Assembly: GCA_963806375.1 (NCBI GenBank)
Contig: CAWDXW010000002.1
Span: 478,027 to 542,026 of the forward strand
DNA from: an uncultured Pseudomonadota bacterium
GTDB taxonomy: Bacteria; Pseudomonadota; Gammaproteobacteria; Steroidobacterales; Steroidobacteraceae
Direction of reading: 5' to 3'
DNA: 64,000 nt
In this document: positions 1-8,428 of the stretch, piece after piece
Layout: the number at the start of each line of letters is the position of its first letter
How positions within the stretch are numbered: position 1 is the stretch's first letter
Translations under genes and position numbers: made by a program
Notes under the pieces: model-generated
What the model was told of the DNA's origin: nothing
The model's input: only the letters and a program-made list of their open reading frames with translations
The model's database searches: none

Positions 1-330
1 GCCGATGACGATCTTGCCGATCGGCGGCACACCGGTCTCGGCGAGCAGCGGCCGCAGGATCTCCATGCCGCCCTTCATCGAGTTGGCCGCGAGCAGCACT
101 TCAGGAACGAACAGGATCCCGTCGCGGAAGTCGATGCCGACGATGCGCATGCCTTCGACCAGGGCATCGTTGAGGGTTTTTTCTGCGCTCCAGCCGCGCT
201 CGAGGAACAGGCGCGTGGCTTCTTCGACCTCGGCCTTCAGCCCGTTGTACAGATCGTCGTGGACCTGTTCGGTGAGCTCCTGATCGTTCAGGTCGCGTAA
301 ATTGAATTCGCCTTCGGCTTGCTCTGCCAT
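1..330 (-). CDS. Corrinoid (B12-binding) protein of a methyltransferase system; N-terminal part only, gene runs off the left edge
   Basis: Reverse translation from ATG at 330 (alternative in-frame ATG at 345): MAEQAEGEFNLRDLNDQELTEQVHDDLYNGLKAEVEEATRLFLERGWSAEKTLNDALVEGMRIVGIDFRDGILFVPEVLLAANSMKGGMEILRPLLAETGVPPIGKIVIG. This fits the helical cap domain preceding the B12-binding Rossmann domain in MtbC/MttC/MtgC-type corrinoid proteins. Absent from the ORF track because it is open at the window edge. Confidence 0.75.
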   Translation of the reverse strand, partial: MAEQAEGEFNLRDLNDQELTEQVHDDLYNGLKAEVEEATRLFLERGWSAEKTLNDALVEGMRIVGIDFRDGILFVPEVLLAANSMKGGMEILRPLLAETGVPPIGKIVIG

Positions 331-490
331 TGTCGAAATCTCCATGCGCGACTACGGGTTAGCGCCTCGCGCAGGCGCCCACAAGGGGATGGTAAGGGGA
401 GGGTATCGGAGGCAATGGCTGCTTAGCGACCGCGACATGCCGCAAAGCGACAGGCGGCGCATTAAGGCAAGCCGCGGATGAGCGCGCCCT

Positions 491-1486
491 TCAGGCCGGT
501 ACCAGCTCCCCGCGGGCGCCGGTGGCGGTTTTTGAGGCGCGGCTCTGGCGCTCGGCGCTCGGCGGGCAACCGAACTGGGCGCGGTAGCAGCGTGAGAAGT
601 GCGGCGGGGACTGGAAGCCGCAGGCGGTCGTGATGTCGATGATCGGCATCGAGGTCTGCAGCAGCAGCTCCCGCGCGCGGCGCAGCCGCATCTGCAGGTA
701 ATAGCGCTTGGGCACGCAGTTCAGGTGGCGCTTGAACAGGCGCTCGATCTGCCGGCGCGACAGCCCGGTGGCGGTGGCGATCTCATCGAGTGACAGGGGC
801 TTCTCGATGTTCTCCTCCATCAGTTGCGCTACCTTGATCAGGCTTTCGTGCGAGACGCCGATCTGCGCGCGCAGCGGCACGTACTGCCGGTCGCGGTCGC
901 TGCGCACCCGGTCGACGATGAACTGCTCGGAGATGAGCTGCGAGACATGGGCCCCGTGCTTGCTTTCCACCAGGTGCAGCATCAGATCGAGCGGCGCCAC
1001 ACCGCCGGAGCAGGTGAAGCGGTCCCGGTCAATGCTGAAGAGCTGATCGCTCAGCTGGATGCGCGGGAACTCCTCGCGCAGCGCCGAGAGGTTCTCCCAG
1101 TGGATGGTGGCCCGGTAGCGATCGAGGAGGCCGGCCTTCGCGAGCGCATAACCGCCGGTGCACAGCGCCCCCAAGGGGACGCGCCGCTCGGCCAGGCGCT
1201 TGAGCGCGGCCAGGATCTTCGGCGACACCGCCGCCTGCACGTCCACCCCCCCACAGACGAACAGGATATCGACCGCGCCGACGGCGTCGAGGGCGTGCGT
1301 CGGCGAGAGCTGCAGCCCGTTGCTCGCCGGTGTCGGCTGCCCGTCGAGGCTCACGATCGACCATGCGTAGACGCTCTGGCCGGTAATGCTGTTGGCCATG
1401 CGCAGCGGCTCGACGGCGTTGGACAGCGCAATCATCGAGTAGCGCGGCAGCGTCAGGAAGGCGAACTTGCTGCGGGGGAAAGTCAC
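491..1486 (-). CDS. GlxA/GbdR-type transcriptional regulator (DJ-1/PfpI-like domain + AraC HTH)
   Basis: ORF 491..1663. Domain starts at KFAFLTLPRYSMIALSNAVEPLRMAN. C-terminal AraC HTH: LSLDEIATATGLSRRQIERLFKRHL...GFQSPPHFSRCYRAQFG. Start set at in-frame GTG 1486 because the ATG at 1663 would overlap the divergent permease start; start uncertain. Confidence 0.8.
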   Translation of the reverse strand: MTFPRSKFAFLTLPRYSMIALSNAVEPLRMANSITGQSVYAWSIVSLDGQPTPASNGLQLSPTHALDAVGAVDILFVCGGVDVQAAVSPKILAALKRLAERRVPLGALCTGGYALAKAGLLDRYRATIHWENLSALREEFPRIQLSDQLFSIDRDRFTCSGGVAPLDLMLHLVESKHGAHVSQLISEQFIVDRVRSDRDRQYVPLRAQIGVSHESLIKVAQLMEENIEKPLSLDEIATATGLSRRQIERLFKRHLNCVPKRYYLQMRLRRARELLLQTSMPIIDITTACGFQSPPHFSRCYRAQFGCPPSAERQSRASKTATGARGELVPA

Positions 1487-1649
1487 ATGCCAGATTTTAC
1501 CACATGCTTGCCTGATTGCGACACCCGGTCGGCTAGCGCGTCGGGAGCGCCACAGCGTTTGGCGCACCGTGGCCGCGGACCTTAAGCGTGCGGCGATTGC
1601 TGTAATGTTGAGGGCATAATGAAATGAACTGAAGGAACTTGCCGTCCCC

Positions 1650-3086
1650 ATGGCGAGCTTCATCGAATCCCGCTCGATCGACTACGTGCCGCTCGCGGAG
1701 CGTCACGGCAAGGTCTGGCACCTGTGGCCGGTGTGGTTTGCCGGTGGAGCGCACCTGGCCACGGTCGCGGTCGGGGTGCTGGGTATCGCCCTCGGGGGCA
1801 ACTTCTTGTGGACCGCCATCGCGGTGGTGCTCGGAGTGCTGTTCGGGACCTTCTTCATGGCGTTCCATTCGACGCAGGGCCCGCAGCTCGGGCTACCGCA
1901 GATGATCCAGTCACGCCCGCAGTTCGGTTATACGGGGGCGCTGCTGGTCTGGGGCGTGGCGATGGTCTCCTATATCGGCTACAACGCCTTCAACTTCGTG
2001 CTCGCGGGGCAGGCGATACACCAACTGTACGCGCCGATTCCGGCGGCATCCGCCTGGGTCCTCGTCGGGTTTGCCCTCGCGGCCGTGGCGCTCGCGGCGG
2101 TGGGCTATGACCAGATTCACATGGCCCAGCGTGCGGTCGCGTTCTTCATGATCGGCATCCTCACGATCTTCACCTGCGGGGCGTTCCTCGTGCACCTGCC
2201 GCCCGAACAGTGGGACGTGCACGGCTTTCGGGGCGTACCTTTTCTGGCGCAGTTCTTCGCCGCGGCTTCCTATCAGCTGAGCTGGTCGATCTATGTGTCC
2301 GACTATTCGCGCTACCTGCCCCACAGCGTCGGCGTGCGCGCGTCGTTCTGGTGGACTTACCTCGGGGCCTTCGTCGGCTGCGCGTGGATGATGCTCGTGG
2401 GCACCGTGGCCGCCGCCGCCGCGCCGCGGCTCGATGTCGCGCCGGCCATGGAACAGGCCGCTGATCAGATTCATCCGGGCTTTGGCAAGGTCTTGCTGGT
2501 CAGTGCCGTTCTCGGCCTCATTGCCATATCAACGCTCAACTTTTACGGGGCTTCGCTGACGCTGCTGAGCGTCGCCGACACCCTGAAGCCGATCCGCAGC
2601 AGCGCACGCAAGCGGCTGGCCAGCCTTGCGGCGGCCTTCGTGGCCAGCACCGCAATTGCATTTGCTTCCTCGGGCAGCTTCGGCAACCGCTTCGCGGACC
2701 TTCTGGCGGTGCTGCTGTATCTGTTCACGCCGTGGACGGCGATCAACCTCGTGGATTTCTACGTGGTGCGCAAGGGTCACTACTCGATCCGTGAAATCTT
2801 CAACCCGAACGGCATGTACGGGCGCTGGAACCGGCGCGGCCTCATGGCCTACGGGGCCGGATTCGCCGCGATGATCCCCTTCTTCAGTACCGATTTCTGG
2901 CGCGGGCCGGTGGCGAACGCGCTCGGCGGGGCGGACATCGCCATGCTGATCGGGCTGCCCGTCTCCGCCGGTGTGTATCTGTGGGCCTACCGCCGCTTCG
3001 ATCTGCCGGCCGAGATGCATCGCGCCGCGGCGGCGGATGCGGGTCTCGAACCTGGCGTGCCGGCAGCGGGGACGGCGGTTTCCTAG
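1650..3086 (+). CDS. NCS1-family (purine-cytosine/allantoin-type) permease
   Basis: 478 aa, about 12 hydrophobic segments. N-terminus SRSIDYVPLAERHGKVWHLWPVWFAGGAHL is typical of CodB/NCS1 permeases. Confidence 0.85.
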   Translation: MASFIESRSIDYVPLAERHGKVWHLWPVWFAGGAHLATVAVGVLGIALGGNFLWTAIAVVLGVLFGTFFMAFHSTQGPQLGLPQMIQSRPQFGYTGALLVWGVAMVSYIGYNAFNFVLAGQAIHQLYAPIPAASAWVLVGFALAAVALAAVGYDQIHMAQRAVAFFMIGILTIFTCGAFLVHLPPEQWDVHGFRGVPFLAQFFAAASYQLSWSIYVSDYSRYLPHSVGVRASFWWTYLGAFVGCAWMMLVGTVAAAAAPRLDVAPAMEQAADQIHPGFGKVLLVSAVLGLIAISTLNFYGASLTLLSVADTLKPIRSSARKRLASLAAAFVASTAIAFASSGSFGNRFADLLAVLLYLFTPWTAINLVDFYVVRKGHYSIREIFNPNGMYGRWNRRGLMAYGAGFAAMIPFFSTDFWRGPVANALGGADIAMLIGLPVSAGVYLWAYRRFDLPAEMHRAAAADAGLEPGVPAAGTAVS

Positions 3087-3101
3087 GCGGCGCCGGCGCA
3101 C

Positions 3102-3740
3102 ATGCCCAAGCTCGTGGATCACGACAAGCGCCGCGATGAGATCGCGCTCATCGCCTGCCGTGTGGTCGCCGAGCACGGCTTTGAGAAGGCCAGCATGGTG
3201 CGCATCGCGCGCGGGGCCGGCTATACCACCGGCATGCTCGCGCATTACTTTGACAGCAAGCAGGACATCATCATCGCGGCGCTGCGGCTGATCCTGCGGC
3301 GCATCGATGAGCGGCTGACGCAGCCGGCTGCCGCGACCGCCCGCCCCGACCTGCTGGCGCTGCTGACCGAAGCGCTGCCGGTGGACGAGCAGCGCCGCAC
3401 CGAGTGCGCGTTCTGGATCGCCTTTTGGGGCCAGGTGAGCACCGACCGGCGCCTGCGGCGCATCAATGGCTGGGTGCACGCGGAGTATCTGCGGTTGTTC
3501 GAGCGCTGCCTGGCGCAGGGCTGGGGGGGATGGCCGGAATGGCCCGCGCCGACGCGCGAGCAGGTGCTGCGTTCGCTGGTCACCTTCATCAATGGGCTCA
3601 CCGCCGGCGCGGTCGCCAACGCGGGCGATTGGCCGCCGGCGCGCCAGGTCGAGCAGCTGCGGCTGCAGCTCGAGCTGCTGCACGGTTGGGCGCTCGGCAC
3701 TGCGGGTGCCGCACCGGTGCCGCGCGCCGCCGGTGTCTGA
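3102..3740 (+). CDS. TetR-family transcriptional regulator
   Basis: 212 aa. N-terminal HTH RRDEIALIACRVVAEHGFEKASMVRIARGAGYTTGMLAHYFDSKQDII. Confidence 0.85.
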   Translation: MPKLVDHDKRRDEIALIACRVVAEHGFEKASMVRIARGAGYTTGMLAHYFDSKQDIIIAALRLILRRIDERLTQPAAATARPDLLALLTEALPVDEQRRTECAFWIAFWGQVSTDRRLRRINGWVHAEYLRLFERCLAQGWGGWPEWPAPTREQVLRSLVTFINGLTAGAVANAGDWPPARQVEQLRLQLELLHGWALGTAGAAPVPRAAGV

Positions 3741-3819
3741 ACGCTGCCGTGGGCCGCCCGGGCCCCCTAGAATCCCCGTCGCTCAGGATCTCGACTCCAA
3801 CAACGAGGAGGCTCGCCCC

Positions 3820-5157
3820 ATGCTGCGTCAGCTGACCCGCCTGTGCGTGCGCTATGCCGAGCGCTACATCCCCAACCCGTACCTTTACGCCGTCATCCTC
3901 ACCTTCATCACCGTGGGGAGCGCGCTTTGGTGGACCGCGAGCACCCCCGGGCAGGTCCTGGAGGCCTGGTACAGGGGCATCTGGGAGATCCTCGCCTTCG
4001 CCATGCAGATGGCGCTCGTCCTGGTCACCGGCGTCACCCTGGCGGATGCGCCGGCCGTCAAGGGGCTGCTGCGTCGCCTGGCGGTCGTGCCCGCCGGGCA
4101 GACGGGCGCTGCCATCACGGTGTTCCTGAGCGCCGCGCTCGCTTCCTGGCTCAACTGGGGGTTCGGGCTCGTGGTCGGGGCGCTGGTGGCACGCGAGATC
4201 GCCAAGCGCCTACAGGAGGTGGACTTCAGCTTCCTGGTCGCGGCCGCTTATATGGGCTTCATGGTGTGGGCGTCGGGACTGTCGAGTTCCATCGCACTCG
4301 CCACCGCCACGCGTGGCAGCGCGCTCAACATCGTCGAGAAGGTAACCGGGGAGGTCGCAGGCTTCGGGCAGACGGTATTCACCGCCTACAACCTCGTGCC
4401 CGTGTTGCTGCTCCTGATCGTGATTCCACTCGCGTTGCGTTACATGGCACCGCACGCCGCGGAGATGAAACGGGTCGACGCGAAGGTGCTTGCGGCCCAG
4501 GACGAGGTAGGCGCGCCAACGCAACGCCCGCGCACCTTCGCGACACTCCTTGAGGATGCGTGGCCGCTGAGCCTGCTGCTCGTGCTGATGGGGGCCTGCT
4601 ACGAGGTCCACACCATCCGCAAGGCCGGCTTTCACCTTGACATCGACGGCTTCATCTTTCTCGTGCTGATGCTCGGGCTGCTGTTTCACTGGCGCCCGAT
4701 TCGCTACGTGCGCTCCTTCGAGGCGAGCGCGCGCACCGTGGGGCCGATCCTGCTGCAGTTTCCGCTGTACGGCGGGATCATGGGCGTCATCACCGGCACG
4801 GGCCTGGCGGCGCTCATTGCCGAGCATTTCGTCGAGTTCTCCAGCGCGCGCACGCTGCCGTTCTGGACGTTTATCTCGTCGAACATCATCACGCTCTTCG
4901 TGCCCTCCGGCGGGGGGCATTGGGCCGTGCAGGGTCCCTTCATGGTGCCCGCGGCGGTGAAGCTGCACGCCGATCCGGCCATGATCGCCATGGCGACTGC
5001 GATGGGTGAGCAGACCGCGAACATGATCCAGCCGTTCTGGGCGCTGCCGATCCTGGCGATTGCACGCCTCGGCATCAAGGACATCATGGGCTACTGCGTG
5101 ATCGCGCTCGTCATCGGGCTGGCGATCTTTGGCGGTGCACTGCTGGTGTTTGCCTGA
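3820..5157 (+). CDS. Short-chain fatty acid transporter family (AtoE-like) membrane protein
   Basis: Part of ORF 3466..5157. Start set at ATG 3820, preceded by GAGGAG (3805-3810). MLRQLTRLCVRYAERYIPNPYLYAVILTFITV... is polytopic. The upstream 118 aa of the ORF overlap the TetR gene in another frame and look non-coding. Confidence 0.75.
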   Translation: MLRQLTRLCVRYAERYIPNPYLYAVILTFITVGSALWWTASTPGQVLEAWYRGIWEILAFAMQMALVLVTGVTLADAPAVKGLLRRLAVVPAGQTGAAITVFLSAALASWLNWGFGLVVGALVAREIAKRLQEVDFSFLVAAAYMGFMVWASGLSSSIALATATRGSALNIVEKVTGEVAGFGQTVFTAYNLVPVLLLLIVIPLALRYMAPHAAEMKRVDAKVLAAQDEVGAPTQRPRTFATLLEDAWPLSLLLVLMGACYEVHTIRKAGFHLDIDGFIFLVLMLGLLFHWRPIRYVRSFEASARTVGPILLQFPLYGGIMGVITGTGLAALIAEHFVEFSSARTLPFWTFISSNIITLFVPSGGGHWAVQGPFMVPAAVKLHADPAMIAMATAMGEQTANMIQPFWALPILAIARLGIKDIMGYCVIALVIGLAIFGGALLVFA

Positions 5158-5323
5158 CACCGAGGAGAGAAAAATGCGTGGGTGGGGTATGGCCCTTTAC
5201 AGGGGCCGTCCGCCGCCGCGGCTGAAGCCCGGCGAGGTCGGGCTGGCGGCGGGCCCCCGACCGTGGTGATTTCCTGGCGCGAGGCTCAGATCACGAAGGT
5301 CTACTCCGACCGCTCACGGGCCG

Positions 5324-7783
5324 TCAGGCCTTGAGTTGCAGGTTCTCCGGGTCATAGGGCGACTCGCGCAGCACGGTCGCCGGCTGCTTCTCGCCCAGGA
5401 TCAGGATCGACAGCGGTGTGCCGGGTTCCGCGTACTCGGCCTTCACGTAGCCGATCGCGAGGCTCTTCTTGACGTGGTGACCGTAGTAGCCGGAGGTGGC
5501 GCGCCCGATCATGCGGCCGTTCTTGTCGAACAGCGGCTCGTTGCCCAGGGGGTCGGCGTCGGTGACGCCATGCACCTCAAGGGTGACGAAGCGGTTCGGG
5601 ACGCCGGCCGCGAGCTGCTGCTCGAGCGCCGCGCGGCCGATGAACTCGCCCTTCTTCATGCGCACGAAGCGATCCAGGCTCGCCTCGAAGGGCGTGTAGT
5701 CGGGCGTCATGTCGCTGCCCCACATGCGGTAGGACTTCTCCATCCGCAGCGATTCCATGGCGCGCATGCCGACCATGCCGATACCGTGCGCGGCGCCCGC
5801 CGCGAACAGCGCATCGAACAGGTTGTGCGCGTACTCGATCGGGAAGTGCAGCTCCCAGCCGAGCGAGCCCACGAAGTTGACTCGCAGCGCGTACACGTCC
5901 ACCGCGAGCGCCGCCTCGATGGTCTGCGCCGTGAGCCAGGGGAAGGCATCGTTGTCGAGGGGCGTGTCGGTGAGCTGGGTGAGCACCGCGCGCGACTTGG
6001 GCCCGGCAAGCACGAAACAGCCGCGCGTGTTGGTGATGTTGCGCAGGATCACTGAACCGTCGGAGGGTAGCGCCTTGGTGAGGTAGTCCCCGTCGTAGCG
6101 CTCGGCCGCGCCGGCGCTGACGACGTAGAAGTGTTCGTCCGCGATCTTGGTGATCGTGAACTCCGAGCGGATGCCGCCGCGGCGGGTGAGGGCATGCGAG
6201 AGCGCCATGCGGCCAACCCTGGTCGGCACCTTGTTGGCGACGAGGGTATCGAGCCAGGCTTCGGCCCCCGGGCCGGTAACCTCGTGCTTGGTGAAGGGCG
6301 TGAGATCGATGATCCCGGCCCGCTCGCGCATCAGGCGCACTTCATTGCCGACGTGCGCGAAGTAGTTGGTGCGCCGGAAGCTCCAACGGTCGCGCGGCTC
6401 GACGCCCGGCGGGGCGAACCAGTTGGCGCGCTCCCAGCCGTAGCGCTGACCCCACACCGCGCCTCTGGCGTTCAGCTTGTCGTACACGGGACTCGTCTTG
6501 GCCGGGCGCCCGTCGGCGCGCTCCTCGTCGGGGAAGTGCACGGTGAAGACGTTGCGGTAGGTCTCCTCGTTCTTCTTCACCACGTAGCGCTTGGAGGTGT
6601 AGGCGCCGTAGCGGCGCGGGTCCACCGCCAGCATGTCGATCCCGGGCTCACCCTCGGTAATCCACTCGGCGAGCTGCCAGCCCGAGCCGCCGGCGGCAGT
6701 GATCCCGAAGCTGTGACCCTCGTTCAGCCACACGTTCTGCACGCCCCACGCGGGGCCGATCAGCGGGCTGCCGTCGGGCGTGTAGGAGATCGGGCCGTTG
6801 ACGACGTCCTTGATGCCACAGTTCTCGAGCGCCGGCACGCGGCGCGTGGCCGCCTCCACGTACGGCACCAGCCGGTCGAGGTCGCCCGGAAAGAGGCTGC
6901 GGCCGAACCAGTCCGGCACGCCCTCGGCGAAGCGTGCCGGTGCGCCCTTCTCGTAGGGACCGAGTATCCAGCCCATGCGCTCCTCGCGCAGGTAGTAGGA
7001 CTGATCGGATTCGCGCAGCACCGCCAGCTCGCGGCCGCCGCGCTGGCGATATTGCTTCAGTTCGGGGGATTCGTCGTAGACGATGTACTGATGCTCGACC
7101 GGGATCGCCGGCACGTTGAGCCCCAGCAGGCGACCGGTCGCGCGGGCGTAGTTGCCAGTGGCGAGCACCAGGTGCTCGGCGCGGATCTCGCCTTGCGAGG
7201 TGCGCACCAGCCACTCGCCCGAAGGCGTGCGCGTGATCGCCTGCGCCTCGGTGTGCTCGTAGATCTCAGCGCCGGCGCTGCGCGCTCCCTTGCGCAGCGC
7301 CATGGTGAGATCGGCCGGCGCGATGTGACCGTCGTCAGGGTGGTACAGCGCACCGATGATCGCCGGCGTGTCGGGGCTGCCACCGATCTCGAGCAGGGGC
7401 CACAGCTCCTTCACGCGCTGTGGCGTGATCACCTCGAACGGCACGCCGATGGTGTTGGCCGTGCCGCAGTACTTCTGGTACTCGTCCATGCGCTCCTTGC
7501 AGGTCGCAAGGCGCAGGTTGCCGGTGACGTGGAAGCTCACGTCCTGCCCGGTCTCGGCCGGCAGGCGCTTGTACAGATCGACCGAGTACTTGTGCAGCTG
7601 GCCGACGGTGTAGCTCATGTTGAAGAGCGGCAGGAGTCCGGCGGCATGCCAGGTGGAACCGGCGGTCAGTTCAGTGCGTTCGATCAGCGCGACGTCTTTC
7701 CAGCCCTTCTTCGTCAGGTGATAGAGCGTACTCACCCCGACGACGCCGCCACCGATGACCAGAACCCGAACATGCGTCTTCAC
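5324..7783 (-). CDS. Dimethylglycine dehydrogenase/oxidase family flavoenzyme (FAD DAO domain + GcvT-type folate-binding aminomethyltransferase domain)
   Basis: 819 aa. N-terminal FAD fold VLVIGGGVVGVSTLYHLTKKGWKDVALIERTELTAGSTWHAAG. C-terminal GcvT-like half. Sits beside soxBDAG. Confidence 0.85.
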   Translation of the reverse strand: MKTHVRVLVIGGGVVGVSTLYHLTKKGWKDVALIERTELTAGSTWHAAGLLPLFNMSYTVGQLHKYSVDLYKRLPAETGQDVSFHVTGNLRLATCKERMDEYQKYCGTANTIGVPFEVITPQRVKELWPLLEIGGSPDTPAIIGALYHPDDGHIAPADLTMALRKGARSAGAEIYEHTEAQAITRTPSGEWLVRTSQGEIRAEHLVLATGNYARATGRLLGLNVPAIPVEHQYIVYDESPELKQYRQRGGRELAVLRESDQSYYLREERMGWILGPYEKGAPARFAEGVPDWFGRSLFPGDLDRLVPYVEAATRRVPALENCGIKDVVNGPISYTPDGSPLIGPAWGVQNVWLNEGHSFGITAAGGSGWQLAEWITEGEPGIDMLAVDPRRYGAYTSKRYVVKKNEETYRNVFTVHFPDEERADGRPAKTSPVYDKLNARGAVWGQRYGWERANWFAPPGVEPRDRWSFRRTNYFAHVGNEVRLMRERAGIIDLTPFTKHEVTGPGAEAWLDTLVANKVPTRVGRMALSHALTRRGGIRSEFTITKIADEHFYVVSAGAAERYDGDYLTKALPSDGSVILRNITNTRGCFVLAGPKSRAVLTQLTDTPLDNDAFPWLTAQTIEAALAVDVYALRVNFVGSLGWELHFPIEYAHNLFDALFAAGAAHGIGMVGMRAMESLRMEKSYRMWGSDMTPDYTPFEASLDRFVRMKKGEFIGRAALEQQLAAGVPNRFVTLEVHGVTDADPLGNEPLFDKNGRMIGRATSGYYGHHVKKSLAIGYVKAEYAEPGTPLSILILGEKQPATVLRESPYDPENLQLKA

Positions 7784-7885
7784 CAGTCGATTCTCCGCGT
7801 AAGGCCGGCAAGCTACGCGTGCCGCCGGAAATTCAGTGTAGCCCGCGCGACCCCCGCCGGGACTCCAATTGCGACCGGACCTTGT

Positions 7886-8428
7886 CTAAATGATCCCGCG
7901 GCTCGCTTCGCCGAGGAACTGTGCGACGTAGGGCGCGAAGGAGCGCCACACCTCGAGGCGAAATGCCTCTGCGTCCGTACGCCACAGCACCACCTCCGCC
8001 TTGCCGAGCACGGTGCGGGTGCACATCCCGACCGGGAAGAACTGCAGGTCCAGGTCAAGCGGGCAGCCGCCGGCGAGCACCGTGGCCGCCTGCGGCCCAT
8101 GCGCCAGGAGTGCCATCTGGCGGTGGCTCACGTCGACCAGCGAGTGGGGCCGTTGCGCCAGTGAGCGCTCCAGCCGCGTCGCCAGTCCCGCCTGCTCGGC
8201 CGGTGCCAGGAGCAGCCACTCATCGGGCCCGAGCCACAGCGCGGCGCGCTCGCCCGTGACACCGGCGCGGCACGCCGCGGCGGGCACCGGCACGCCGAGG
8301 GCCGCCTGCGCGGCCGCGCGCACCGCCTCATCCCCGCGCAGCACCCAGCGTGCAGCCGCCGGCAGCGAGCGCAGCCACAGGTTCTCGTTCACGAGCGCAG
8401 ATTTTCGCGCGGCCGTGAGGTCAGCCAT
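7886..8428 (-). CDS. soxG: Sarcosine oxidase gamma subunit
   Basis: Start ATG 8428 (MADLTAARKSALVNE...) overlaps the soxA stop by 8 nt (ATGGCTGA). Last gene of the soxBDAG order, about 180 aa. Confidence 0.8.
   Translation of the reverse strand: MADLTAARKSALVNENLWLRSLPAAARWVLRGDEAVRAAAQAALGVPVPAAACRAGVTGERAALWLGPDEWLLLAPAEQAGLATRLERSLAQRPHSLVDVSHRQMALLAHGPQAATVLAGGCPLDLDLQFFPVGMCTRTVLGKAEVVLWRTDAEAFRLEVWRSFAPYVAQFLGEASRGII

Noticed and set aside
346-490. Possible cobalamin riboswitch in the 5' leader of the corrinoid protein gene
   Set aside because: I could not find the B12-box or GCCACUG-type core on the minus strand. Only a covariance-model scan could settle it.
3466-3819. N-terminal 118-aa extension of the AtoE-like ORF
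   Set aside because: Overlaps the TetR gene in another frame and is Arg/Ser/Cys-rich. A good ATG with GAGGAG lies at 3820, where the membrane protein sequence begins.
6131-8164. 677-aa plus-strand ORF (similar long ORFs at 8001..9602, 9783..10820, 11746..12654)
   Set aside because: Antisense to dimethylglycine dehydrogenase/soxGAB. Arg/Ala/Gly/Pro-rich low-complexity translations typical of shadow ORFs in very GC-rich DNA. The opposite strand has clear family matches.
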